From assembly GCA_947478395.1 (NCBI GenBank), contig CANJVR010000003.1, positions 1-64,000 of the forward strand: a stretch of 64,000 nucleotides of DNA, given 5' to 3'. Below the pieces are notes generated by a model. That model was not told the DNA's origin and ran no database searches. It worked only from the letters and a program-made list of their open reading frames with translations. The translations under genes and the position numbers were made by a program. This DNA is from Opitutia bacterium. Lineage in GTDB: Bacteria; Verrucomicrobiota; Verrucomicrobiia; Opitutales; Opitutaceae. Shown here piece after piece: positions 38,707 to 48,465 of this stretch (within the stretch, counting starts at the first letter, position 1; every line of letters begins with the position of its first letter).

Positions 38707-39636
38707 TCACTCCCTGACCAGCTTCTTCACCGAACTACCGCGCGTTTCGGCCACATACACCGCGCCGGCCGAATCCACCGCCAGCATGTGCGGACCCGTC
38801 AGGCCCGCAAAATGTCCGATCACTTTTTGGTCCTTGAGATCGATCACGTTCAGATCGTCGATCCCCGCCGTGCCGTCCGTCACGTAGAGCAAATCGTGAT
38901 TCGTGATGAAAAGTCCGAAAGGCGTGCCCACGTTCGCGATCACCTCGAGGTACTTGCCGTCCTGATCGAAAATTTCGATCCGTTTATTGGCACGGTCGGC
39001 CACCAGCACACGGCCCTTCGAATCGATTACGATGGCGTGCGGCACGTCCAGCTGGCCTGGTCCCGAGCCTTTCGATCCCCAGAACTTGATCAGTTTTCCA
39101 TCGGCAGAAAATTTCACGATGCGTGTATTGGTGCTCTCGCCATCCGAGACAAAGACGTCGCCGTTCTTGGCAAACGCCACGTCGCTCGGGCCGTTCAACG
39201 CGTCGGTCGAAGAATTGTCTCCCGCGACGCCTTTCTGGCCGAACGCGAGTAACAAAATCCCGTCCGGGGAAAACTTGAGCACCTGATGCAAACCGCGGTC
39301 GGTGACCCACACGTTATCCTGGCGATCAATTCTCAAACCGTGCGCATTGGGAAAACTCCCGTCGCCCCAAGACCGCAATAATTTTCCCGACGCCGCAAAA
39401 GCCATGACCTTGGCCGGCGCGCCGCGCTGCAGCACGTAGATGGTGCCCTTCGAATCGATATCGACCCCTGTCATCGCGGCCCACTTCGCCCCAGCAGGAA
39501 GCTGCGCCCAATTTTCAGCCACGCGATAGGTGATATCCGCCGCACGAACAGTTCCAGCATAGCCGACAAAGGCCGCGACCACGGTGAGGAGCCGGATCGC
39601 GGCACGGCGCGACAAAAATGAGCAAAGTCGTTCCAA
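38707..39636 (-). CDS. Secreted NHL-repeat beta-propeller (peptidylglycine lyase-like)
   Basis: HGLRID..NVWVTD, GPSDVAF, PHAIVID, VADRAN.RI repeats. Confidence 0.88.
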   Translation of the reverse strand: MERLCSFLSRRAAIRLLTVVAAFVGYAGTVRAADITYRVAENWAQLPAGAKWAAMTGVDIDSKGTIYVLQRGAPAKVMAFAASGKLLRSWGDGSFPNAHGLRIDRQDNVWVTDRGLHQVLKFSPDGILLLAFGQKGVAGDNSSTDALNGPSDVAFAKNGDVFVSDGESTNTRIVKFSADGKLIKFWGSKGSGPGQLDVPHAIVIDSKGRVLVADRANKRIEIFDQDGKYLEVIANVGTPFGLFITNHDLLYVTDGTAGIDDLNVIDLKDQKVIGHFAGLTGPHMLAVDSAGAVYVAETRGSSVKKLVRE

Positions 39637-39666
39637 GGGATTTACAATGCGCGACTCAGTTCGAGA

Positions 39667-40236
39667 TCACGGCGCCGCCGGCTTCGCGCTGGGCTTGATG
39701 TCCAGCTTCATCAACGACGGGTTCGTGCCTTCAAACTCGAGATTGAGTCGTCCATCGGTTTCCAGCGCCGTATCCTTCAAAGCGCCGGGTTTGACGGTAA
39801 CCGTAAACGTTTTCACCGCGTTTTGTCCGCGAGCCACGCGTACCTCCGGCACCACGGGCTGATGATTCTCGGCCTTCACGCTCGTGACTGATTCCGTCTC
39901 GGCGCCGCCGAGCGTCACGGCAACGTCGTACGTGCCCGGGGGCAGCACCACGTCGAAGCGAAAATATTTGGGCGCCGTCACGCCGCGCGCAGAGCCGGTC
40001 AGCGCGGGTGAGTCGACAAAACCAAAACCGTCGGCGGCCTGAAAAAACGCCGGCGGCCGAATGATTGGGCGGTCTCCATTCGGGCTGCCCTCGAAGGCAA
40101 AATGGAGCGTCGTCGCGCCATCCGGAAAAAACACGCCGGCAAAGGCGGCGGCAGAAACCAAAAGCGCGCCCGCCGCGAGCACCGCGCGCTTGGCTCGGGC
40201 CAGTTTGAGTGATGTATCGGTACGGAAATTGTTCAT
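39667..40236 (-). CDS. Secreted galactose-binding-like beta-sandwich protein
   Basis: Signal peptide; FRFDVVLPPGTYDVAVTLG...DGRLNLEF, like domains appended to rhamnogalacturonan enzymes. Confidence 0.6.
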   Translation of the reverse strand: MNNFRTDTSLKLARAKRAVLAAGALLVSAAAFAGVFFPDGATTLHFAFEGSPNGDRPIIRPPAFFQAADGFGFVDSPALTGSARGVTAPKYFRFDVVLPPGTYDVAVTLGGAETESVTSVKAENHQPVVPEVRVARGQNAVKTFTVTVKPGALKDTALETDGRLNLEFEGTNPSLMKLDIKPSAKPAAP

Positions 40237-40248
40237 GGCGGGGTCTCC

Positions 40249-42018
40249 TCAGTAATGCGTGTGGTTCGAGATCGAATGCGCGCGGTAAACCGGATCGGTT
40301 TTTTCCGCGCTCGGATTTGGTTTCGCGTCCTTAAATCCATACACGCGGACCATGCCGTTGCGGCCGACGGTGATCGCCTGGTCGTTGCCCGTGCCCATGA
40401 AATCGAACATGTGAAAAACTTCATCCGGGAAAGCGATCGTCCCGGTGCCGTCCGACTCGATGCGGAAACGCTGCCAGAACAGGACATTCTTTCCATCGCC
40501 CTTGAAATCGCCCTTCGCGAAATTCGGATTTCCGGGGATGGGATTGTTGGGCCAGATGTCGATGCGGTTCCCTTTCGGATCGTACCAACGGAGCAGAGCG
40601 CCAAGTCCGCCGACATAAAAACGCGAGCTGGCGACCACGACCTGGCCGGGAATATCGGCGCGGTAATTTCCACCCTCGATCTTCTGGTTGTGATTGGCGA
40701 AGCGCTGCCAGAGGAGCTTGCCGGTGGTCGCGTCGTACATCGTCGTGCCGACGTCGGATTGGCCGGCGATGAGTTCGAGTTTGCCGTCGCCGTTGAGGTC
40801 GATGAACCGCGCCGAATCGACGTGGTCGTGGTTGTCGGGGAAAAGACCGTAGTTGTTCCAAACCTCCTTGCCGTGCGCATCGAGCATCACGTGCGAAACG
40901 TAGACCTCGTCGATCCCGTCGCCGTTGATATCGACCGGATAAATATAGTGGCCGTGATAATCCTTCAGTCGCGGATGGCTATAGGACCAGAGCAGATTGA
41001 GCGTCGGACCGTAAGCGTTGACGGAGACCGTGCCGCCGGAATCGGTGTAAACGATCAGGCTGTCGGGATACCCGGGATGCAGCTTGGCGATCGCCGTGCG
41101 GAAATTGTTATAAACGTGCGGCAGTGGCTGCGTCGGCCATTCGACCTTGTGCTTGATGTCGCCGGTCGCGCCATCGGCCATCGTGATGTATTCTTTCCCA
41201 TCGATCATGCGCCAGGCGATCACCTCGGCTTTACCGTCGTGATCGAAATCCCAGACAACTCCCGGCGCTTCGAACTGCGTGCGCTCGGGACTACCCGCGA
41301 GCGGCGCCTCCGCGTGCCACAATTCCTTCCCGCTGTTATCGAACGCGTACGTCGAATAATTGGGGGTCAAGACAACGAGATCGGTTTTCCCATCACCGTT
41401 GAGGTCGCCAAATTTAACGCCCTCGATTGCGACCGGCAGCGGGTACTCTTTGAGCAGGACGATGTCCTCGGGATATTCCAACGGGGCCAGATCGGATTCC
41501 TTGAGGTCCGCTTTTCTCGAGAGCAGTACGACGTCGAACGCACAGCCGGGATGAATATCCGTAAGCGTTACCTTCAGCGGACCGGCCGGAAGCGTGAAGC
41601 TGCCGCCCGATTGAAATGCGCCCGCCGGCGCGTCGCCGAAAACGACCGAACTCAACTTATCGCCGACCGATACCTTGAACGAACTACCGTCGGTCAGACT
41701 GCGCGAGCGAACATAGAGGTACCAGTTGCCCGCCTGTGGGAGATTGGCTTTCGCACCGAACGGCGTGGGCGCGAGGAGATTGATGGCGAAGTTCTCGAAC
41801 GTGTACGTCGGCAGCGGCCGCGCGGGCGTCGTCGCGGCTGCACCGCGCCGACCGCCACCGCCACCCGGACGGCCATTGGCGGCGGTGTCGCCGTCGGGAA
41901 GCTCGCCGAGGAACTGCGTGGCATCGAGCACCACGATCCCTGCGCGCACCGGCGCGACAGCGCGGGCAATGGCGGGGACAGAAACAGCTAACACCAGTGC
42001 GATCAAATGGGACTTCAT
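40249..42018 (-). CDS. Secreted FG-GAP/beta-propeller protein (rhamnogalacturonan lyase-like?)
   Basis: Multiple DxNGDG Ca-binding blades (GDLNGDGK, DFDHDGK, DINGDG, DLNGDGK, DFKGDGK); signal peptide. Confidence 0.65.
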   Translation of the reverse strand: MKSHLIALVLAVSVPAIARAVAPVRAGIVVLDATQFLGELPDGDTAANGRPGGGGGRRGAAATTPARPLPTYTFENFAINLLAPTPFGAKANLPQAGNWYLYVRSRSLTDGSSFKVSVGDKLSSVVFGDAPAGAFQSGGSFTLPAGPLKVTLTDIHPGCAFDVVLLSRKADLKESDLAPLEYPEDIVLLKEYPLPVAIEGVKFGDLNGDGKTDLVVLTPNYSTYAFDNSGKELWHAEAPLAGSPERTQFEAPGVVWDFDHDGKAEVIAWRMIDGKEYITMADGATGDIKHKVEWPTQPLPHVYNNFRTAIAKLHPGYPDSLIVYTDSGGTVSVNAYGPTLNLLWSYSHPRLKDYHGHYIYPVDINGDGIDEVYVSHVMLDAHGKEVWNNYGLFPDNHDHVDSARFIDLNGDGKLELIAGQSDVGTTMYDATTGKLLWQRFANHNQKIEGGNYRADIPGQVVVASSRFYVGGLGALLRWYDPKGNRIDIWPNNPIPGNPNFAKGDFKGDGKNVLFWQRFRIESDGTGTIAFPDEVFHMFDFMGTGNDQAITVGRNGMVRVYGFKDAKPNPSAEKTDPVYRAHSISNHTHY

Positions 42019-42302
42019 GTTGGGATTTCCCCGCGACTACGCTGCGCGCACCGAGGGGTCGGTCGTTGAAACTGGGATCGCCCGGGGCCATCGCTCAAGA
42101 CTGAAGACTCCGAACAGTCTTATTGAGGGCCACGAATCGACCTCAACGGAGGGCTTTCCGGCGTGGCGCGACGAGCGCCGCGTTGAACCGAGAATTGCCA
42201 CGCCCGCCGAGGCGGGCTCGCCCTAACAATTTCGGACCCGGCTCGCAACTTGGCGGCTCGACAAAGTTTCCCGGCCTCGACTTAGGTTAAACTCCGGGTC
42301 TG

Positions 42303-42315
42303 CTGATCCGATCAG
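42303..42315. promoter_or_regulatory. Putative GntR/FadR-type operator
   Basis: Perfect palindrome CTGATC-C-GATCAG about 65 bp upstream of the sugar-acid operon. Confidence 0.45.
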
Positions 42316-42377
42316 AAACAACCCTCCGACCCACTTTCGCTCTCTTCCTTCTCATCTCAACTCCACCCGTCCCACTC

Positions 42378-43205
42378 ATGATTCGCGTTTACTCTGATTC
42401 CAACGGTCTCGTCTTCGAACAAGCCGGCATTTTCAAGCGCCCCGCCTCACCGGTTGCGCTCGACGATCTTTTCAGGGCCGAAGATCCCGTCGCGCTCGCC
42501 CAGCACGCGTGGACTTCCGGCACAGCCGCCACGCTGCCGGCGAAACCCAACGCTCCCATCGGCACCCAAGAGGTTTGGGCCGCGGGTGTCACTTACCTGC
42601 GCAGCCGCACCGCGCGCATGGAGGAATCGAAGGATGCCGGCGGTGGTACATTCTACGATCTCGTCTACAACGCCGTGCGCCCGGAAATCTTTTTCAAGGC
42701 CACGCCGGCCCGCGTGGCTGCCCCCGGCACCACCGTCCGCATCCGCAGCGATTCGAAATGGAATGTCCCCGAGCCCGAGCTTACCCTCGCGCTCAACCGC
42801 CAGGGGCGTATCTTCGGCTATACGATCGGCAACGACATGAGCTCGCGCGATATCGAGGGCGAAAATCCGCTCTATTTGCCGCAGGCGAAATGCTACGACC
42901 GCTCCGCCGCCCTCGGCCCGTGTCTCTATCTCACGCGCGATCCGCTCCCGCCGACGACCGCGATTGCGATCGAAATCCGCCGCGGCAGCGCCGCGATTTT
43001 CAACGGCAGCACGACCATCAGCCAGATCAAGCGACCGTTCACCGAACTCGCCGAGTTCCTCTTTCGCGATAACGCGTTTCCCCAAGGCGCGTTTTTGATG
43101 ACCGGCACCGGCATCGTGCCTGACGACAGCTTTACCCTCCACCACGGCGACGAGATCCGGATCACCATTGAGCCCATCGGGACGTTGGTGAACACCGTCG
43201 CCTAA
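42378..43205 (+). CDS. FAH-family protein, probable 2-keto-3-deoxy-pentonate dehydratase
   Basis: EVWAAGVTY.RSR.AR.EE, RPEIFFKA, PEPEL, GNDMSSRDIEGENPLYLPQAK, MTGTG. Confidence 0.85.
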   Translation: MIRVYSDSNGLVFEQAGIFKRPASPVALDDLFRAEDPVALAQHAWTSGTAATLPAKPNAPIGTQEVWAAGVTYLRSRTARMEESKDAGGGTFYDLVYNAVRPEIFFKATPARVAAPGTTVRIRSDSKWNVPEPELTLALNRQGRIFGYTIGNDMSSRDIEGENPLYLPQAKCYDRSAALGPCLYLTRDPLPPTTAIAIEIRRGSAAIFNGSTTISQIKRPFTELAEFLFRDNAFPQGAFLMTGTGIVPDDSFTLHHGDEIRITIEPIGTLVNTVA

Positions 43206-43321
43206 ATATAGCGGCACCAGCAACCGGTGCCGTTCTTGCGAACTGGGTTTGTTTGCTGTTTCTTCGCGTTCCCTTGCCTCCGTCGCGGTTAAATTGATTC
43301 CGCGCTCCGTCCCCCAATCCC

Positions 43322-45268
43322 ATGAGCAGCGATCCCATCTTAGATTCCGGTAACGACAGCATCTACACATTGCGCACCACGGCGCGCGGACCTGAGGGTT
43401 CACTGCCGCTCGACGCCGAACGCCTCCGGCAGATGTCGAGCGGCGATCTCTTCGGTTGGACCCAAAACGCCGGCATGGGCTGGTCGCCCGCCGCGATGCT
43501 CGGGAAACAATTCCTCATCCTCAGCACGCAGGGCGGCATCCGCGCGCCCGACGGCACGCCCATCGCCCTCGGCTACCACACGGGTCACTGGGAAGTCGGA
43601 CTGCTCATGGAAGAAGCGGCGCGCGAATTCAAATCGGCCCGCGCGATTCCGTTCGCCGCGTACGTGAGCGATCCGTGCGACGGGCGCACCAACGGTACCG
43701 CCGGCATGCTCGATAGCCTGCCGTATCGCAACGACGCGGCCATCGTGCTGCGCCGGTTGATCCGTTCGCTACCCACGCGCCGCGGCGTGCTGGGCATTGC
43801 GACCTGCGACAAAGGTTTACCCGCCATGCTGCTCGCGCTCGCCGGCACGCCCGATCTTCCGTCGGTGCTCGTGCCCGGCGGCGTGACCTTGCTGGCCGAG
43901 GAAGCCGAAGACACGGGTAAAGTGCAGACGCTCGCCACGCGTTTCGCCCGCGACGAAATCACGCTCGAACACGCCGCCGAAATGGGCTGCCGCGCCTGCG
44001 GTTCGCCCGGCGGCGGATGCCAGTTCATGGGCACGGCCGCGACGAGCCAGGTCGTCGCCGAAGCCCTCGGCCTCGCTCTGCCGCACAGCGCGCTATCGCC
44101 GTCGGGCGCAGAAATCTGGCGCGATCTCGCGCGGCGTTCCGCCCGCGCGCTGCTGGCCCTCGATCTCGCCGGCACGACCACGCGCGATCTGCTTTCCGAC
44201 GATTCTATTCACAACGCAATGGTCACGCACGCGGCATTCGGTGGCTCGACCAATCTCGTGCTCCACATCCCGGCATTCGCGCACGCGGCCGGATTACGCC
44301 AGCCCACCGTCGACGATTGGGCACGCATCAACCGCCTGGTACCGCGCCTCGTCGACTCGTTGCCCAACGGCCCGAAGCACTATGCCACCGTGCAGGTATT
44401 CCTCGCCGGCGGCGTGCCCGAGGCGATGTTGCACCTGCGCGATCTCGGGCTGCTGAAACTCGACGCGCGCACCGTGACCGGTCGCACGCTCGGCGAAAAT
44501 CTCACATGGTGGGAAACCAGCGAACGCCGCCAACGCCTGCGCGAAAAACTCCGCGCGCTCGATGGCATCGATCCGGACAACGTCATCATGTCCCGCGCCC
44601 GCGCCCAGGAACGCGGCCTCACCAGCACGATCACTTTTCTCCGCGGCAATCTCGCGCCCGAGGGCGCACTCGTAAAGAGCACCGCCATCGCCCCGCAGGT
44701 GATCGACGCCGACGGCGTGTTTCTCCACGAAGGCCCGGCCCGCGTGTTCGCGAGCGAGGGTCATGCGATCGCGGCGGTGAAGGCCGGCAGCGTGAAGCCC
44801 GGTGACGTCATGGTGCTCATCGGCATCGGTCCCGGTTGCGGCATGCCTGAAACGTATCAGATTACATCCGCATTGAAGCACGTGAAGGATGGCCAACGCA
44901 TCGCGTTGATCACCGACGGCCGGTTCTCCGGCGTGTCCACGGGCGCGTGCGTCGGACACGTCAGTCCTGAAGCTTGGGCCGGCGGACCGATCGGCCGTGT
45001 GCGCGATGGCGACCTTATCCGTCTCCGAGTCGACACGCGTAAACTCGAGGGCTCAGTCGACGTAGTTTCCCTCACGCCCGAAGAACTGGCCGCGCGCACG
45101 CCGCATCCGAATTTGAAAGTCGATCCGCGCGTGCCGTCCGACACGCGTCTTTGGGCCGCGCTTCAAAACGCGAGCGGCGGCAGCTGGGCTGGCTGCGTGT
45201 ACGACGCCGCGCGCATCGAGCATCTGCTCACGCTCGGCCTCGCCGCTGAAACGGCGGCGAAAAAGTAG
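43322..45268 (+). CDS. yjhG: YjhG/YagF-family D-xylonate dehydratase (IlvD/Edd family)
   Basis: [61 protein letters not shown]. Confidence 0.9.
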   Translation: MSSDPILDSGNDSIYTLRTTARGPEGSLPLDAERLRQMSSGDLFGWTQNAGMGWSPAAMLGKQFLILSTQGGIRAPDGTPIALGYHTGHWEVGLLMEEAAREFKSARAIPFAAYVSDPCDGRTNGTAGMLDSLPYRNDAAIVLRRLIRSLPTRRGVLGIATCDKGLPAMLLALAGTPDLPSVLVPGGVTLLAEEAEDTGKVQTLATRFARDEITLEHAAEMGCRACGSPGGGCQFMGTAATSQVVAEALGLALPHSALSPSGAEIWRDLARRSARALLALDLAGTTTRDLLSDDSIHNAMVTHAAFGGSTNLVLHIPAFAHAAGLRQPTVDDWARINRLVPRLVDSLPNGPKHYATVQVFLAGGVPEAMLHLRDLGLLKLDARTVTGRTLGENLTWWETSERRQRLREKLRALDGIDPDNVIMSRARAQERGLTSTITFLRGNLAPEGALVKSTAIAPQVIDADGVFLHEGPARVFASEGHAIAAVKAGSVKPGDVMVLIGIGPGCGMPETYQITSALKHVKDGQRIALITDGRFSGVSTGACVGHVSPEAWAGGPIGRVRDGDLIRLRVDTRKLEGSVDVVSLTPEELAARTPHPNLKVDPRVPSDTRLWAALQNASGGSWAGCVYDAARIEHLLTLGLAAETAAKK

Positions 45269-45339
45269 CGTGGTGCTTCAGCCCGCGTTTTGAAATACAC
45301 CGCCTGCATCCCGGAACGCGGGCTGCAGAATCGCGCCAC
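45265..45339. repeat. REP doublet, family B; its GTAG supplies the yjhG stop codon
   Basis: GTAGCGTGGTGCTTCAGCCCGCG...CGCGGGCTGCAGAATCGCGCCAC. Confidence 0.7.
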
Positions 45340-45463
45340 CTCGGACATCGCCGATCAGGAACTTGCCCCGACGCACACGGAGCAAACAGAGACGCGGTCT
45401 TGCTCCATCCGCTCGGTTTTCTCACGAGAAATCATCCAGCGCGCAGCGACCTTTCCGCGCACG

Positions 45464-46513
45464 CTAAGCGAATAGCGTGCGTTCCAAAAACCAGTAAAGC
45501 CCTGCCGCCACGACCAGCGCCGAGAGGGCAGGCACGCCGCGACGCACGAAGGCGTCGTTGCTTCTCAGGCGCCAAATGATCGGCAGCGTCACGGCGGCGA
45601 TCGCAACCTGGCCGATCTCCACGCCAAGATTAAACGTGAACAACGGCATCAGCAATCCGCCTCCGCCCTGCCCTACGCCGAGTTCGCGCAACACACTCGC
45701 AAAGCCAAAACCGTGAATCAGTCCGAATAAAAATGTGAGCGCCCAGCGCCCCTTCGGCTCCGCGCCTCGCCGCACGAGATTCTCCAACCCGACGAAGACG
45801 ATCGAGGCCGCGATCATCGGTTCGACGAAACGGCTGGAAACGCTGACGACCTTGAGGGTCGCCAGCGCAAGCGTCAGCGAATGCGCGAGCGTGAAACACG
45901 AAATGATGGCGACGATCGATTTGAACCGCGCGCACACGATCAGCAGGCCGAAGAGAAACAACAGATGATCATAGCCCGTCCAGATGTGCTCGATGCCCAG
46001 TTTCACGAACGCCACGGCGGTTGTCGGTTCCTCAACCTTTGTTTCAACATCGCTCGCCACAGGCCTGAGATCGAACTTCACCGTCGGCTCGCGCGCCGTC
46101 AAAAGTCGCTGCGCCAACGCGGGCCCGCCATCGACCTCGACGGTCACAAACTGCCGGTGCCCAGGCGGAAGATCATTCAGCCGCAGCGCGCGTAACTCGC
46201 CCTCGCCGCCGTTTGTCGGACGCAAATAAGTCAGCTCAAACTGGATTTCTTTTTCCGGCGTGATCTTCGTCGTCGTGCTCTGCGGCGTCAGCACCGCAGC
46301 GGCGACGCGCAGTTCAAACAGTCCGCGGATCCACTCCGCCGGCGCCGCTGCGGGTGGCTTCAACGTCCGCAAATCCGGCGGAGCGAACGTCACATCGACC
46401 ACAATTAACTCCGGCCGCACGCTTGCGTGCGCTGTGCTCAAGCCCGGATCGTGGGCGCTTAAATTCACGCCCAAACCGAGGTAAATCACAAACGCGAGCG
46501 CGCGGCCGAGCAT
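45464..46513 (-). CDS. HupE/UreJ-family membrane protein
   Basis: LGIEHIWTGYDHLLFL, FTLAHSLTL, FGLIHGFGFA, FNLGVEIGQ; signal peptide ending SAH (ORF open from 46558). Confidence 0.9.
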   Translation of the reverse strand: MLGRALAFVIYLGLGVNLSAHDPGLSTAHASVRPELIVVDVTFAPPDLRTLKPPAAAPAEWIRGLFELRVAAAVLTPQSTTTKITPEKEIQFELTYLRPTNGGEGELRALRLNDLPPGHRQFVTVEVDGGPALAQRLLTAREPTVKFDLRPVASDVETKVEEPTTAVAFVKLGIEHIWTGYDHLLFLFGLLIVCARFKSIVAIISCFTLAHSLTLALATLKVVSVSSRFVEPMIAASIVFVGLENLVRRGAEPKGRWALTFLFGLIHGFGFASVLRELGVGQGGGGLLMPLFTFNLGVEIGQVAIAAVTLPIIWRLRSNDAFVRRGVPALSALVVAAGLYWFLERTLFA

Positions 46514-46843
46514 GTTAAGAGCGTGCGGCCCGATGCCTCGGAAGCGAGCCCGCTTCAACGTTTCAGGCGCCAGCCATTTCAGTTTGCCAGCGTGGCCACG
46601 GCGTCACGGTGAGTGCAACGGACGGGGTGCCGCCACTCGGGCCGGCGATGTCGGCGTGCTTCCCGTCCCGCCCGAACCTCGAAAACGCCGACGTGTCGCG
46701 CCGCGCGACGGCGAGCAAAAGCGCAACATCGTGGGACTCCCGGCGCGGCGGGTTTCATTCAAGCGGATTCCTGAACCAGCGAACGAGCGGAGAGAACGGG
46801 CAACCGATTATTCTTAAAGTGCGTTCGAGACGGATCGCCCGGA

Positions 46844-46934
46844 GGTAGGGCGGGTTATCCCTAACCCGCCGCTGCGACTCGGCTCACCAAGAGAGCGACG
46901 CCCAACCGGCGCGTTAGGGATAACGCGCCCTACC
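46844..46934. repeat. REP doublet, family A (inverted relative to the 38601 copy)
   Basis: GGTAGGGCGGGTTATCCCTAACCCGCC...GGCGCGTTAGGGATAACGCGCCCTACC. Confidence 0.8.
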
Positions 46935-46945
46935 CTCTCGTCCCC

Positions 46946-47917
46946 TCATCCCTCCAGGCCAAAAACCGCGCGCGCGTAATTCTCGGCGCTGAAAGGTTGG
47001 AGGTCTTCCTTTTGCTCGCCGAGTCCGACAAAATAAATGGGTAGTTTGAGTTCGCGCCAGATTCCGACGATCGCGCCGCCCCGACTGGTGCCATCCAGCT
47101 TGGTGATGACCAGGCCGGTGAGCCCGAAATTTTTATGGAAAACCTTGGCCTGCTCAATCGAGTTACTGCCGAGTGATCCGTCGACCACCAGCCAGGCATG
47201 ATGCGGCGCGGACGGATCGAGCTTCTGCAAGACGCGCCGGATTTTCGCGAGCTCCTCCATGAGGTTGCTCTTCGTGTGCAACCGGCCGGCCGTGTCGACG
47301 ATCAGGAAATCGCGGCCGCGACTCTGCGCCGCTTGCAACGCATCGAACGCAACGGCTGCGGAATCAGCCCCGGTGTGGCTGGCGACAATCTCAAGGTCGA
47401 GCCGCTGCGCCCAAGTCTTGAGTTGCTCAACGGCCGCGGCGCGAAAGGTGTCACACGCGGCGACGACCACGGATTTCCCCTCCTGTTTAAGTTTCCACGC
47501 GAGTTTCGCGGTGGTGGTGGTTTTGCCCGAGCCATTCACGCCGATCATGACGATCACGGTCGGGCCGGGTGCGCGGACGCCTACGTCCGCTTTCGCCATG
47601 GCGGCCGAGGCCGGCCGCGCTCCTGGGACGGCTAAATCGCCTTCGCTGCCGACGAGCACCCGCTGCAGCACCGCGGCGCCGATCGCAGCGGCCTGCTGCC
47701 CCACGAGCGAAGCATCTTTTTTGTAAGCCGCCTTGATCTCGCCGAGAATTTCTCCGGTTGTCTCGACGCCGAAGTCAGCGGTGTAGAGCGCTTCCTCGAG
47801 TTCATCGAGCGAGGCCGCATCGATTTTACGTCCACCGAAAAGCCCGCGCGTCTTCGCGCCGATCGCCGCCACGGTCTTGGCGAAGCCGTCTTTGAATTTT
47901 TTGAAAAGACCAAACAT
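46946..47917 (-). CDS. ftsY: SRP receptor FtsY
   Basis: GVNGSGKTTT, DTFRAAA, DTAGR, TKLDGT, GLGE. Confidence 0.97.
   Translation of the reverse strand: MFGLFKKFKDGFAKTVAAIGAKTRGLFGGRKIDAASLDELEEALYTADFGVETTGEILGEIKAAYKKDASLVGQQAAAIGAAVLQRVLVGSEGDLAVPGARPASAAMAKADVGVRAPGPTVIVMIGVNGSGKTTTTAKLAWKLKQEGKSVVVAACDTFRAAAVEQLKTWAQRLDLEIVASHTGADSAAVAFDALQAAQSRGRDFLIVDTAGRLHTKSNLMEELAKIRRVLQKLDPSAPHHAWLVVDGSLGSNSIEQAKVFHKNFGLTGLVITKLDGTSRGGAIVGIWRELKLPIYFVGLGEQKEDLQPFSAENYARAVFGLEG
47567..47623. repeat. Family C palindromic doublet in frame within ftsY
   Basis: Two perfect 7-bp hairpins; one arm is 22/23 identical to intergenic 32809-32831. Confidence 0.75.
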
Positions 47918-48012
47918 GCCCGAAGTGATGAGTGGCTGGGGAGGAGTGACAAGTCTGAGCCAGACTCCGCTTGCGCAGCCTTTGTCGCTTTCCCCTCGTC
48001 ACTCCATACCCG

Positions 48013-48465
48013 CTACTCCGTCGTCGCCTTGCGCGCGTCGCGGCCGAGCTGATCCTTCAGGCGGTCGAGGATGCCGTTGATAAAGCGCTTGGCGTCGAGA
48101 TTGGAAAATTGCTTTGAGAGATCGATCGCCTCGTTGATCGAAACCACCGGCGGGATGTCCTTGCGGTATTTCATTTCAAAAATTGCGAGCCGCAGGATCG
48201 CGAGGTCGATCTTGGCAATGCGCTCGAACTCCCAGTTGTGCGCGAGGGATCGGATGTGCGCATCGATCTCGGTCAGATTGAGCAACACGCCCTGGATTAT
48301 TTCCTCCGCGTAGGCGTAGTGCGTGCGCGGTTGCTCGAAATTTTCGAAGAACACGCCCAGGTCCTCGGCGAGATTCTTCGGCTCGTTCATGCTCCACGCA
48401 TAGAGATATTGCAGGGCGGCGGCGCGACCTTCGTGGCGCTGCGCAAAAATAACCTTGTTACTCAT
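48013..48465 (-). CDS. nusB: Transcription antitermination factor NusB
   Basis: R..ALQYLY; WEFERIAKIDLAILRLA; INEAIDLSK; FINGILD. Confidence 0.95.
   Translation of the reverse strand: MSNKVIFAQRHEGRAAALQYLYAWSMNEPKNLAEDLGVFFENFEQPRTHYAYAEEIIQGVLLNLTEIDAHIRSLAHNWEFERIAKIDLAILRLAIFEMKYRKDIPPVVSINEAIDLSKQFSNLDAKRFINGILDRLKDQLGRDARKATTE

Noticed and set aside
40255..41991. 578-aa plus-strand ORF, and similar long antisense ORFs (9550-11025, 16441-17718, 19715-20965, 56819-58429)
   Set aside because: Shadow ORFs on the reverse strand of well-supported genes in GC-rich DNA; no recognisable motifs.
46560..46800. Metal or cobalamin riboswitch, or small ORF, upstream of hupE
   Set aside because: No recognisable aptamer motifs; the 59-codon minus-strand ORF has non-coding-like composition.
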